Shown here piece after piece: positions 21,404 to 30,167 of a stretch of 50,068 nt of DNA. The stretch's first letter is position 1; the number at the start of each line of letters is the position of its first letter. This DNA comes from an uncultured Alphaproteobacteria bacterium. Lineage in GTDB: Bacteria > Pseudomonadota > Alphaproteobacteria > SHVP01. The position numbers and the translations under genes were made by a program. A model generated the notes under the pieces. That model was not told where the DNA came from, searched no databases, and saw only the letters and a list, made by a program, of their open reading frames with translations. The DNA lies in assembly GCA_964611585.1 (NCBI GenBank), contig CAZTAK010000006.1, forward strand, positions 14,245-64,312, given 5' to 3'.

Positions 21404-22396
21404 ATGATGGCCGGCGAAACCCCAGGAACCGCGACCCCGGCCCCGGCCGGCGGCACTGGCGCGTCCGGTCCGGGCATTCGCGAGTGTATCGTCGATACCA
21501 TTGGCGGCACGCCGCTGGTGCGCCTGAGCGCGATCGCGCGCGACGCGGGATGCGCTGCCGATCTGGCCGGAAAACTGGAATTCTTCAATCCGTTGTCGTC
21601 GGTCAAGGACCGGATCGGGCTGGCGATGATCGCCGCCGCCGAACGCGACGGGAAAATTCGCGACGGCACCGTGATCGTCGAACCGACCTCGGGCAATACC
21701 GGCATTGCGCTCGCCTTCGTGTGCGCGGCGCGCGGCTATTGCCTGATTTTGACCATGCCGGAAAGCATGTCGGTTGAACGCCGGCGAATGCTGGAACACC
21801 TGGGCGCGGAGCTACAGCTGACACCGGCAACCGAGGGCATGAGCGGCGCCATCGCCGCGGCCAAAGACCTGGTCGAGTCGCTGCCCGATGCGATCATGCT
21901 GCAACAATTCGAGAATCCGGCCAATCCGGAAATCCACCGCCAAACGACGGCGGAAGAGATCTGGAGCGACACGCGCGGCGGCGTCGATGTCCTGGTATGC
22001 GGCGTCGGCACCGGCGGCACCATTACCGGCGTCGGCCAGGTGCTCAAGGCGCGCAAGCCGGATGTCCGGATCATCGCCGTCGAGCCTGAGGATTCGGCGG
22101 TGTTGTCGGGCGGCCCGCCGGGCCCGCACCTGATACAGGGCATCGGTGCCGGCTTCGTGCCTGCCATACTCGATACCAGCGTGATCGACGAGATCGTTAC
22201 CATTGCCAACGAAACCGCGCTGGAGACGGCGCGCAAGGCGGCACGGCTGGAAGGAATTGCCTGCGGCACATCCTCGGGCGCGGCAATCGCGGCGGCGCTG
22301 GAGTTCGGCAAACGCGCGGGCATGGAGGGCAAGCTGATCGTTGCGATTCTGCCCGACCACGCGGAACGCTACCTTTCGACTGCATTGTTCGAGTGA
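21404..22396 (+). CDS. cysK: cysteine synthase A
   Basis: NPLSSVKDR (PLP Lys), [34 protein letters not shown]. Confidence 0.96.
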   Translation: MMAGETPGTATPAPAGGTGASGPGIRECIVDTIGGTPLVRLSAIARDAGCAADLAGKLEFFNPLSSVKDRIGLAMIAAAERDGKIRDGTVIVEPTSGNTGIALAFVCAARGYCLILTMPESMSVERRRMLEHLGAELQLTPATEGMSGAIAAAKDLVESLPDAIMLQQFENPANPEIHRQTTAEEIWSDTRGGVDVLVCGVGTGGTITGVGQVLKARKPDVRIIAVEPEDSAVLSGGPPGPHLIQGIGAGFVPAILDTSVIDEIVTIANETALETARKAARLEGIACGTSSGAAIAAALEFGKRAGMEGKLIVAILPDHAERYLSTALFE

Positions 22397-23190
22397 TGGA
22401 CTTTTCCGAATCCCAGATCGAACGCTACGCCCGGCACATCATATTGCCGGAGGTCGGCGGCGCCGGTCAGGCGAAGCTGTTGCAGTCGAAGGTTCTGGTG
22501 ATCGGCGCGGGCGGACTGGGATCGCCGGTCCTGATCTATCTCGCCGCCGCCGGTGTCGGGACCCTCAGCGTCGTCGATGACGACCGGGTCTCGCTTTCGA
22601 ACCTGCAACGCCAGATCGCGCACCGCACCGAAGACGTCGGCCGCCCCAAGACCGACAGCGCCGCCGATGCCGTCGCCGCCCTCAATGCGGACGTGACGCT
22701 GATCTGCCACACCGAACGGCTCGGGCCCGGCAACGTGTTCGACCTGTTCGCCGATTACGATGTGATCGCCGACGGCAGCGACAACTTCGAAACCCGCTTT
22801 CTGGTCAACGACGCCTGCCACCTCGCGCGCAAGACGTTGGTGTCGGCGGCGGTGCTGCGTTTCGACGGCCAGCTCGCCACGTTCAAATCATTTGAAGGTG
22901 GCCCAAACCCGTGTTACCGCTGCATTTATCCGGCCCCTCCGCCGCCCGGCCTGATCCCGTCGTGTGCTGAGGGAGGCGTGCTCGGGGCGCTGGCCGGAAC
23001 CATGGGAACCTTGCAGGCGACCGAAGTCATCAAGGAAATTCTTGGTATCGGCGAAAGCCAGTCGGGATGGCTGACCATCTACGACGGACTCGCCGGTACA
23101 TTTCGGCGCGTGCGCGTGCGCCCCGACGAATCCTGCGCCCTGTGCGGAACGCAGCCGACGATCACGGACCTTTCGGCTCATGCCGCCTGA
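22393..23190 (+). CDS. moeB: MoeB/ThiF/HesA adenylyltransferase (no fused rhodanese domain)
   Basis: [39 protein letters not shown]. Confidence 0.9.
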   Translation: MMDFSESQIERYARHIILPEVGGAGQAKLLQSKVLVIGAGGLGSPVLIYLAAAGVGTLSVVDDDRVSLSNLQRQIAHRTEDVGRPKTDSAADAVAALNADVTLICHTERLGPGNVFDLFADYDVIADGSDNFETRFLVNDACHLARKTLVSAAVLRFDGQLATFKSFEGGPNPCYRCIYPAPPPPGLIPSCAEGGVLGALAGTMGTLQATEVIKEILGIGESQSGWLTIYDGLAGTFRRVRVRPDESCALCGTQPTITDLSAHAA

Positions 23191-23623
23191 CGTGCCCACG
23201 CGCCCGCAAAAGCTATCCCTGATCGTCTATTCGGGGGCCTTCGACAAGGTGCATTATGCGCTGGCGATGGCGAGCGCGGCGGCCGCCGTCAATATTCCGG
23301 CAACGCTGTTTTTCACCATGCAGGCGATTTACGCCCTCAAGAAAGATGCAGGCGTGGTGCCGGGATGGCATGGGCTGCCGGGCGGGGACGGGCGCGAGGC
23401 GGTTCTAATCGACGCGGAATTCGCGCAAGCCGGCGTTGCCACGTTCGCCGAACTTCTGGGTGCCTGCCGCGATCTCGGCGTGACCTTCATGGTGTGCGAA
23501 ATGGGACTGCGCGCGGTCGGCCTGAGCGCGGCCGATTTACGCGACGACATCGACTATGTCGAAGGCGGGCTGGTGACGTTTTACCAGGACACCCGTAACG
23601 GCGGATCGATGGTGTTTATCTAG
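23180..23623 (+). CDS. DsrE/DsrF-like family protein
   Basis: LSLIVYSGAFDK, ATLFFT, MVCEMG, GLVTF, ends VFI. Confidence 0.8.
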   Translation: MPPDVPTRPQKLSLIVYSGAFDKVHYALAMASAAAAVNIPATLFFTMQAIYALKKDAGVVPGWHGLPGGDGREAVLIDAEFAQAGVATFAELLGACRDLGVTFMVCEMGLRAVGLSAADLRDDIDYVEGGLVTFYQDTRNGGSMVFI

Positions 23624-23668
23624 CGCAAATCCCGAGCTGGCGGAATCTCCGGCGACGACGATTTGCGC
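23620..23668. repeat. hairpin repeat beginning at the CTAG stop of the DsrE-like gene
   Basis: CTAGCGCAAATCCCGAGCTGGCGGAATCTCCGGCGACGACGATTTGCG; 45/48 identical to reverse complement of 7079-7126. Confidence 0.85.
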
Positions 23669-23777
23669 AACGAATGAATCAAGCTGGGCGCGATAGCGAT
23701 AGAATGGAACCGCTGATGGTCAATTCGCGACTCGTTGTTGCGCCAATCCGTTCCCAAAACAGTTTTTCAGCACCCTG

Positions 23778-24764
23778 CTAGAGAAACTGCGCGAACACCC
23801 GATCGGGCGGGGCGTTGCCGTCGAACAGGGTGCGAATGTTGATCAGTACTTTTTCCCCCATATCGACGCGCGTCTCGAGAGTCGCCGAGGCGATATGCGG
23901 CAGCAGCACGACCGAGTCGAATTCCAGAAACTTCGGATTGATGTCGGGCTCGTTCATATAGACATCGAGGCCGGCACCCGAAAGATCGCCGTTTTCCAGC
24001 ATTTCGATCAGCACCGATTCGTCGACGATCTCGCCGCGCGCGGTGTTGACGATGTAGGCGTCCTTGCGGATCAGCCTGAGGCGGCGCGCCGATAGCAGGT
24101 GGTAGGTCGCCGGCGTGTAGGGGCAATGGATCGATACGATGTCCATGCGGGCCAGCATCTGATCGAGACTTTCCCAGTACGTCGCCTCCAGTTCGGCCTC
24201 GGTCTCTTCGGCCACGCGGTGGCGGTTGTGATAGTGGATCGACAATCCGAACACGCGCGCGCGCCGTGCCACTGCGGTTCCGATCCGGCCCATGCCGACG
24301 ATGCCGAGGCGTTTTCCCGACAACCGGCGTCCGAGCATGAAATTGGGACTCCAGCTCGACCACTTGCCGGCACGGACCAGCCGCTCCCCCTCGGTCATGC
24401 GGCGCGGTACCGCCAGAATCAGCGCCATGGTCATGTCCGCGGTATCGGCGGTCAGGACGCCTGGGGTATTGGTTACGATAATTTTCCGCTCCTTGGCGGC
24501 GGCCACATCGACGTTGTCGACGCCGTTCCCGTAATTGGCGATCAGTTTCAGGGACGAACCGGCGGCGGCAATGATTTCGGCATCGATCCGGTCGGTGACC
24601 GTCGGCACCAGCACGTCCGCTGTCTTGACCGCTTCGATCAGCTGATCCTGGGTCATGATTTCGTCGGTGACGTTCAGGCGCGTGTCGAAGAGTTCCATCA
24701 TCCGGGTTTCCACCGGGTCCGGCAGCTTCCGGGTGATGACGACGACCGGCTTTTTTCGGGCCAT
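23778..24764 (-). CDS. D-isomer 2-hydroxyacid dehydrogenase (glyoxylate reductase / D-glycerate dehydrogenase)
   Basis: TNTPGVLT, GMGRIG, HCP, NTARG, GLDV, LPHIAS. Confidence 0.92.
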   Translation of the reverse strand: MARKKPVVVITRKLPDPVETRMMELFDTRLNVTDEIMTQDQLIEAVKTADVLVPTVTDRIDAEIIAAAGSSLKLIANYGNGVDNVDVAAAKERKIIVTNTPGVLTADTADMTMALILAVPRRMTEGERLVRAGKWSSWSPNFMLGRRLSGKRLGIVGMGRIGTAVARRARVFGLSIHYHNRHRVAEETEAELEATYWESLDQMLARMDIVSIHCPYTPATYHLLSARRLRLIRKDAYIVNTARGEIVDESVLIEMLENGDLSGAGLDVYMNEPDINPKFLEFDSVVLLPHIASATLETRVDMGEKVLINIRTLFDGNAPPDRVFAQFL

Positions 24765-24956
24765 TGAAGGAGCGCTCTGACAGGAATTGGGTATGGGGCA
24801 ACTGCTGAATGTCTTAGCAAATCGCCCAAAGAGCCGCAACGGAGCGCCGCTGGCGCGGGCCCGCCGCAGGTGGCGCTTGACCCGCCCGACCCCGGCTTGG
24901 CATATGGACCGCGGCCCGGCCGCCGGATCAACCGGCTGCATCGGCTCCGTTGCGAA

Positions 24957-25484
24957 ATGTCTCCCCGACCCCTCCTGATCCCACACCCGCTGCGCCCCAC
25001 CGCCGTCCTGTTGCTGGTGCTGTTCGCCTTGAAGGCTGGTGCGCCCGGCGCCGCGCCGGTACGCGCCCAGGAGCAGGCGTTCGCCCCGCGCTTCATGTCC
25101 TTGCAGGCCGACGAGGTCAACGTCCGGGCGGGCCCGGGCACGCGCTATCCGATCGGCTGGGTGTTCCGGCGCCGCGGCTTGCCGGTGGAAGCCATCGGCC
25201 GGTTCGAGAACTGGGTTCAGGTCCGGGATTCCGAGGGCGACACCGGATGGATCTACCGCAATCTGCTGTCCTCCGCCCGGACAGCCATCGTGTTCGCCGC
25301 GGTCCAGAACCTGTACCGTCGCCCGCGCGCGGATTCGACGATTTTGCTCAAGGCCGAACCGGGAGTGGTGGTACGCGTGATGGCGTGCGAGGGCCTGTGG
25401 TGCGAAGTCGAGGTGGCGGAAGTTCGCGCCTTCATTCCGCGCGCCGGCCTGTGGGGCGTCACCCGCGACGAAACCTTTCCCTAG
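24957..25484 (+). CDS. exported SH3-domain protein
   Basis: Signal-like hydrophobic stretch, VNVRAGPG, GLPVE, WVQVRD.EG..GW; typical divergent neighbour of the dehydrogenase in Alphaproteobacteria. Confidence 0.82.
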   Translation: MSPRPLLIPHPLRPTAVLLLVLFALKAGAPGAAPVRAQEQAFAPRFMSLQADEVNVRAGPGTRYPIGWVFRRRGLPVEAIGRFENWVQVRDSEGDTGWIYRNLLSSARTAIVFAAVQNLYRRPRADSTILLKAEPGVVVRVMACEGLWCEVEVAEVRAFIPRAGLWGVTRDETFP

Positions 25485-25526
25485 CCGTTCCGGCCCGGGT
25501 AGACGGCCGCGTGGATCGGGACGGGA

Positions 25527-26120
25527 TTAGGCGAAATCCTTTGCCAGCGCCGCCCGCACCGCCGGCGCAATCACCGCCCCATGGCCGTAATGCTCGTGGC
25601 CGATACGCAGCAGGACATCTACCGCCGGATCGCGAAATTTGCCGGCCTGGGCATCGCTAAAGGAAAAATGCAGAAAGTGGACCGATGACGTCTTGCCGCT
25701 TTTCCTGGTGCGTTCGACGTCGGCCTCAGGCGTCGCCATGATCGATTCGCCGCCGACCTCGATGGCGATGGTGTGTTCGACGCCGCCCAGGCGGCCGAGT
25801 TCGCGGCCGCGCCGCACCGGGTCGCCGATTTCGAACATCAACGTCGCCACCAGTTCGCGCCCCTTCGGGATCAGCGGATTGTAGGCCGAGAGTTCGTCGT
25901 CGATTTGCGCCTCGCCGCCGCCTTCGATGTGCAACATTTCGTGGACCTGGATCCACATGGTCTCGTAGTTCTCGAAAGAGAACGTCGCGAACGGACCCAC
26001 TTTGACGCGGCGGTTTTTCTTCAAGTCCGAGACGGCCGCCTTCCTTTCTTTGCGGATCGCGCGGTATTCGTTCATCGGCAGAATGTCGGCGCGGGTCAGT
26101 TCGGTAGGGGCGGTGTTCAT
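25527..26120 (-). CDS. DUF3501-family protein
   Basis: KKNRRV, FENYET, QVHEML, AYNPLIP, ATLMFE, SSVHFL. Confidence 0.85.
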   Translation of the reverse strand: MNTAPTELTRADILPMNEYRAIRKERKAAVSDLKKNRRVKVGPFATFSFENYETMWIQVHEMLHIEGGGEAQIDDELSAYNPLIPKGRELVATLMFEIGDPVRRGRELGRLGGVEHTIAIEVGGESIMATPEADVERTRKSGKTSSVHFLHFSFSDAQAGKFRDPAVDVLLRIGHEHYGHGAVIAPAVRAALAKDFA

Positions 26121-27472
26121 GGCGACTCGCCCCCGGGGCGGAACCCGTAGGCGCGCGCGAACAGTTCAATCGGGTGCCAGGCCCTGCAACCGGCCTCGCC
26201 CTCGAGCTTTTCCATGCCCTGGACGATGTGCTTGCCGGCCAACGGACATTCAGAAGCAAAGAATGCCGCACCCTTGTCGACCGCCGATCTGGCGGCCGGT
26301 CTACCGACTTTCAGCGCCACCTCGAAGTTGTCTTTCTTGATGCCCCACGATCCGCCGTGGCCGGAACAGCGTTCGATCGGCGTCACTTCGGTAGCGGGGA
26401 TAAGACGCAGCAGGACCGCTGCCTTCGGTCCCATGTTCTGGGCCCGCGCGTGGCAAGCGAGGTGGACGCTGATGCCCCCCTCAAGCGGCGAGAGGCCCTC
26501 GGCGAGGCCCTCGGTGCGCGCGATATCGACGACGTACTCCGTTATGTCGCGGGTCGCCTCGGACAGGCGGCGCACGTCCTCCTCGTCCGGAGCGATCAGC
26601 GGCCATTCGAACTTCAGCATCAGAGCGCAACTGGGCGTCAACGCGATGATGTCGTAGCCCTTGTCAATCCAGGGCATCATCACCGCGGCGATACGGCGGG
26701 CACGCCCGGCGACATCGCCGATTTCACCCTTTTCCAGTTGCGGCATGCCGCAACATTCGGGATAGACGACCTCGGTTTCGACACCGTTACGGGCCAGCAC
26801 ATACTGCGCTGCTTCACCGATACCGGGGTTGTTGTAATTCACGAAACAGGTGGCGTAGAGCACCGCCTTACGGCTCCGGGCGGGCGCATCGGCGACCTCG
26901 GGCGATGCCGCCTTGGCGCGCGCCTCGAAGGTCTTGCCGGTGTACTTCGGCAACTCCGCATCGTGGTGCACACCGGCCACCGACTCGAGCATGTTCCGCG
27001 TCAGCCGGTTGTTGCGGTTCGAACCCCAGTTGGCAAGCCCCGGCGCGGCACCCGCGAGACGGCCGTTGCGGTCGGTCCGGGCGAGTTGGCTGTCGAAAAA
27101 CCCTATCTTGCCCGCCTTCGCCTCGGCCGCACGCACCCGCAGCATCAGGTGCGGAAAGTCGAGGTCGAATTCGTGCGGCGGAACATAGGGGCACTTGGTC
27201 ATGAAGCACATGTCGCACAGCGTGCAGGCATCGATGACCGGCCCGAAACTGCTGCTGGCGACGGAATCGAGCTCGCCGGATTCGGACTCGTCGATCAGAT
27301 CGAACAGCCGCGGAAACGAATCGCACAGATTGAAGCAACGCCGGCAACCGTGGCAGATGTCGAATACCCGCCGGAGTTCGGTATCGATTTTCCCGGGATC
27401 GGTGAAGGCCGGGTCCTGCCACGGTATGGCATGGCGAGTCGGGGCCTCGGTGCTGCCTTCTTTGACGGACAT
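26117..27472 (-). CDS. Fe-S oxidoreductase (GlpC/heterodisulfide reductase-like, CCG domains)
   Basis: CHGCRRCFNLC, CTLCDMCFMTKC, ECCGMP, CHAR, CSGHGG. Confidence 0.88.
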   Translation of the reverse strand: MSVKEGSTEAPTRHAIPWQDPAFTDPGKIDTELRRVFDICHGCRRCFNLCDSFPRLFDLIDESESGELDSVASSSFGPVIDACTLCDMCFMTKCPYVPPHEFDLDFPHLMLRVRAAEAKAGKIGFFDSQLARTDRNGRLAGAAPGLANWGSNRNNRLTRNMLESVAGVHHDAELPKYTGKTFEARAKAASPEVADAPARSRKAVLYATCFVNYNNPGIGEAAQYVLARNGVETEVVYPECCGMPQLEKGEIGDVAGRARRIAAVMMPWIDKGYDIIALTPSCALMLKFEWPLIAPDEEDVRRLSEATRDITEYVVDIARTEGLAEGLSPLEGGISVHLACHARAQNMGPKAAVLLRLIPATEVTPIERCSGHGGSWGIKKDNFEVALKVGRPAARSAVDKGAAFFASECPLAGKHIVQGMEKLEGEAGCRAWHPIELFARAYGFRPGGESP

Positions 27473-27507
27473 GGATTCAAATCCTCGGGCGGGGCTGAAA
27501 ACGCACC

Positions 27508-27537
27508 AAGGGGGGACCGGCCGACCGATCCCCCCTT
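27508..27537 (-). terminator. intercistronic stem-loop after rubrerythrin (partial terminator or mRNA stabiliser)
   Basis: AAGGGGGGACCGG-CCGA-CCGATCCCCCCTT, 13-bp stem with one mismatch; weak U-tract. Confidence 0.5.
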
Positions 27538-27580
27538 AGTGTTGACCGTTCGCGCGCCCGCCTCGGCGGGCGACGGCGCA

Positions 27581-28000
27581 TCAGTCGAGCGTATCGAGCG
27601 CCCTCTGAAAGCGTCCGGCGTGGGATTTCTCGGCCTTGGCGAGTGTTTCGAACCAGTCGGCGATCTCGTCGAAGCCTTCGTCGCGCGCGGTGCGCGCCAT
27701 GCCCGGGTACATGTCGGTGTACTCGTGGGTTTCGCCGACGATCGCGGCCTTGAGATTCAGCGCCGTGGGACCGATCGGTTCGCCAGTGGCAGGGTCGCCG
27801 ATCACCTCGAGATATTCGAGGTGACCGTGGGCATGGCCGGTTTCGCCCTCGGCGGTCGACCGGAATACGGTCGAGACATCGTTGTAGCCCTCGATATCAG
27901 CTTTTTGGGCAAAATAGAGATAGCGGCGGTTGGCTTGGCTCTCACCGGCGAACGCGTCTTTCAGGTTTTGTTCGGTCTTCGACCCTGCAAGCGATGCCAT
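27581..28000 (-). CDS. rbr: short rubrerythrin (no rubredoxin domain)
   Basis: [29 protein letters not shown] di-iron motifs. Confidence 0.93.
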   Translation of the reverse strand: MASLAGSKTEQNLKDAFAGESQANRRYLYFAQKADIEGYNDVSTVFRSTAEGETGHAHGHLEYLEVIGDPATGEPIGPTALNLKAAIVGETHEYTDMYPGMARTARDEGFDEIADWFETLAKAEKSHAGRFQRALDTLD

Positions 28001-28114
28001 GGTGTTGCTCCTGTTCTCTCGGTCTCTCGATGGGGGTTGGGACTGCGCTGCGCCCTATGGCTGTCCCGGCAGCGTCAGACGCAATGTAGGCGGTGACGGG
28101 CCACCTGTCAATTG

Positions 28115-28131
28115 TTTAGAATTATTATAGA
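28115..28131. promoter_or_regulatory. Irr box / iron control element (ICE)
   Basis: TTTAGAA-TTA-TTATAGA vs consensus TTTAGAA-N3-TTCTAAA (12/14), upstream of rbr and adjacent to irr. Confidence 0.75.
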
Positions 28132-28159
28132 AAAGAGCCCAACTTACTGGAAAACGGGC

Positions 28160-28582
28160 CTACTCATTGTCCTCCTGAACCCGGATTATGACGTCGACAC
28201 GGCCAATGCGGGTCCCCTCGGGCGGTTCGGGCAAGCGCGCCAGCGCCACCTGTTCGGCGCCGATATCCTCGAGACGCCCCTCGGTTTCAAGAAAGAAATG
28301 ATGGTGATTTGAGGTGTTGGTATCGAAATAGGCGCGGCCCGAATCGACGACGATTTCACGCAGCAAGCCAACCCGGACGAACTGGTGGAGCGAGTTGTAA
28401 ACAGTCGCCAGCGACACCCGGATGCCTTCTTCGGCGGCCTCGGCGTGGAGGCCCTCGGCGGTGATGTGGCGGGCGCAGTCTTGAAACAAAAGCCTCGCCA
28501 GCGCCAGCCGCTGACGTGTCGGGCGCAATCCGACTTCCCGCAGCTGCTCACGGGCGCGGTCAAGGGTAACCGTAACGTTCAT
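28160..28582 (-). CDS. irr: iron response regulator (Fur family)
   Basis: GLRPTRQR, SLATVYNSL, YFDTN, HHHF, RVDVIIR; start uncertain. Confidence 0.88.
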   Translation of the reverse strand: MNVTVTLDRAREQLREVGLRPTRQRLALARLLFQDCARHITAEGLHAEAAEEGIRVSLATVYNSLHQFVRVGLLREIVVDSGRAYFDTNTSNHHHFFLETEGRLEDIGAEQVALARLPEPPEGTRIGRVDVIIRVQEDNE

Positions 28583-28642
28583 ATTCAATAACATGAGCAC
28601 GATTCTGAAAAAACGCAACCTGCGCTATTGACGCACTCTAGG

Positions 28643-30037
28643 CTAGTCGCCGGTGATCAGCCGCTCGATCAATTGCTTCACGGTGGGGATGAAACCGTTG
28701 GAATAGAACGGATCCTGGGCGAAACGGCTGGCGGCTTGGCCAGCAAACATGAGCTGGTCATCGACGTCATCGGTATGGCGGATCGCCTGCAACGTCTTTT
28801 GGATGCAGAAACTGCGGGGATCGGCCTTCTTGCCGGTTGTACGCGCTTCGTTCTGGGACCAGTTCGAGAAGTCGCAAGAGCTGAGGCAGCCCATGCACTC
28901 GATCTGGTCGGTGCGGATCTCGTCAGATGTTTTCGGCGTTACGAAAATTAGCGTCGAATCCGGCGTGCGCAGGGCGTCGGTGAACCCGGACCGGATCCAC
29001 TCCTGCGCCCGCAATTTGTCGTGCGGCGTGACATAGACCATTCGCTTGCGCGCGCCGATGCCGAGTCCCGCCTCGTGATCGCCCACCGGATCGGTGGTGT
29101 AGGCGATCTGCCGGTCGTTGCGGGCCTTCAATTCCCCCATGAATTTGTTATCGACCGCGGACGACCAGAACCCGGTCGGGCTGAAGTGGTTGAGAAAGAC
29201 GTCGCCGTCCCTCAGCGTCAGAAGGCGCTGTTTCCAGGCGTCCGAAATGGGGCTTTCCTGCGTCAGGAGCGCGCGGGTTCCGAATTGGAAGGCAATCGGG
29301 CCGAGTTCGGGATTATCGATCCAGTGTTCCCATTCGCGAAGAAGCCAGACCCCCCCGGCCATAATGATCGGCGTTTGCTCGAGACCGAATTCGCGCATCA
29401 TGTCGCGCAGTGCCTTGACCCGCGGGTAGGGGTCTTCGGGCTTGTCGGGGTCTTCGTTGTTGGAAAGTCCGTTGTGTCCGCCGGCCCGCCACGGGTCTTC
29501 GTACACCACCCCGCCGAGCAGCTCGGCGAAGCGATGGTAGGCCCGTTTCCACAACGCGCGAAATGCGCGCGAGGACGACACGATGGGATAATAGTTGATG
29601 CCGAACTGGGCCGCGAGTTCGGCGACCTTGTAGGGCATCCCGGCGCCACAGGTGATGCCGTTGATGAGCCCGCGCGCACCCTCGAGAACGCCCCGAAGAA
29701 CGCGCTCGGCGGCGGCCATTTCCCACAGGACGTTGACATGGATAAGTCCACCCGAGGCGCGCTCGTAGGCGATGCGGGCCTGGGCGATCCCGCCCTGAAT
29801 GGCGTAGTGGACCAGTTCTTCGTGGCGTTCGCGGCGGGTGCGGCCGCGGTAGATCTGCGGGATCAATCGCCCGTCGGCGTCGTAGGGATCGGCATTGACG
29901 GCCGAGAAGGTGGCAATCCCCCCTGCCGCGGCCCAGGCGCCGGAACATTCACCGGTGGTAATCGAAATCCCTTTGCCGCCTTCGACCAAAGGCAGCACCT
30001 CCCGGCCCGCGATACGGATCGCGTTGAGGGATTTCAT
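28643..30037 (-). CDS. nitronate monooxygenase-family flavin oxidoreductase
   Basis: EGGKG, CGAGMP, AGGHNG, MAGG, FQFGTR; C-terminal CMGCLSSC...FCI. Confidence 0.85.
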   Translation of the reverse strand: MKSLNAIRIAGREVLPLVEGGKGISITTGECSGAWAAAGGIATFSAVNADPYDADGRLIPQIYRGRTRRERHEELVHYAIQGGIAQARIAYERASGGLIHVNVLWEMAAAERVLRGVLEGARGLINGITCGAGMPYKVAELAAQFGINYYPIVSSSRAFRALWKRAYHRFAELLGGVVYEDPWRAGGHNGLSNNEDPDKPEDPYPRVKALRDMMREFGLEQTPIIMAGGVWLLREWEHWIDNPELGPIAFQFGTRALLTQESPISDAWKQRLLTLRDGDVFLNHFSPTGFWSSAVDNKFMGELKARNDRQIAYTTDPVGDHEAGLGIGARKRMVYVTPHDKLRAQEWIRSGFTDALRTPDSTLIFVTPKTSDEIRTDQIECMGCLSSCDFSNWSQNEARTTGKKADPRSFCIQKTLQAIRHTDDVDDQLMFAGQAASRFAQDPFYSNGFIPTVKQLIERLITGD

Positions 30038-30167
30038 GACAGCGGCCCCGACCGGCGCCGGCCGCGGTGCGGGCGCCGGGACCGCCGTGCGGCGGTCCCA
30101 AATCGATCGTTCATTCGCTGGTCCATGGGCCGGCTCGACTGTGTTCCAATAATTGAGGCGCCCGGCC

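Noticed and set aside
26174-28096. 640-aa plus-strand ORF
   Set aside because: Antisense shadow of the oxidoreductase and rbr; no motifs
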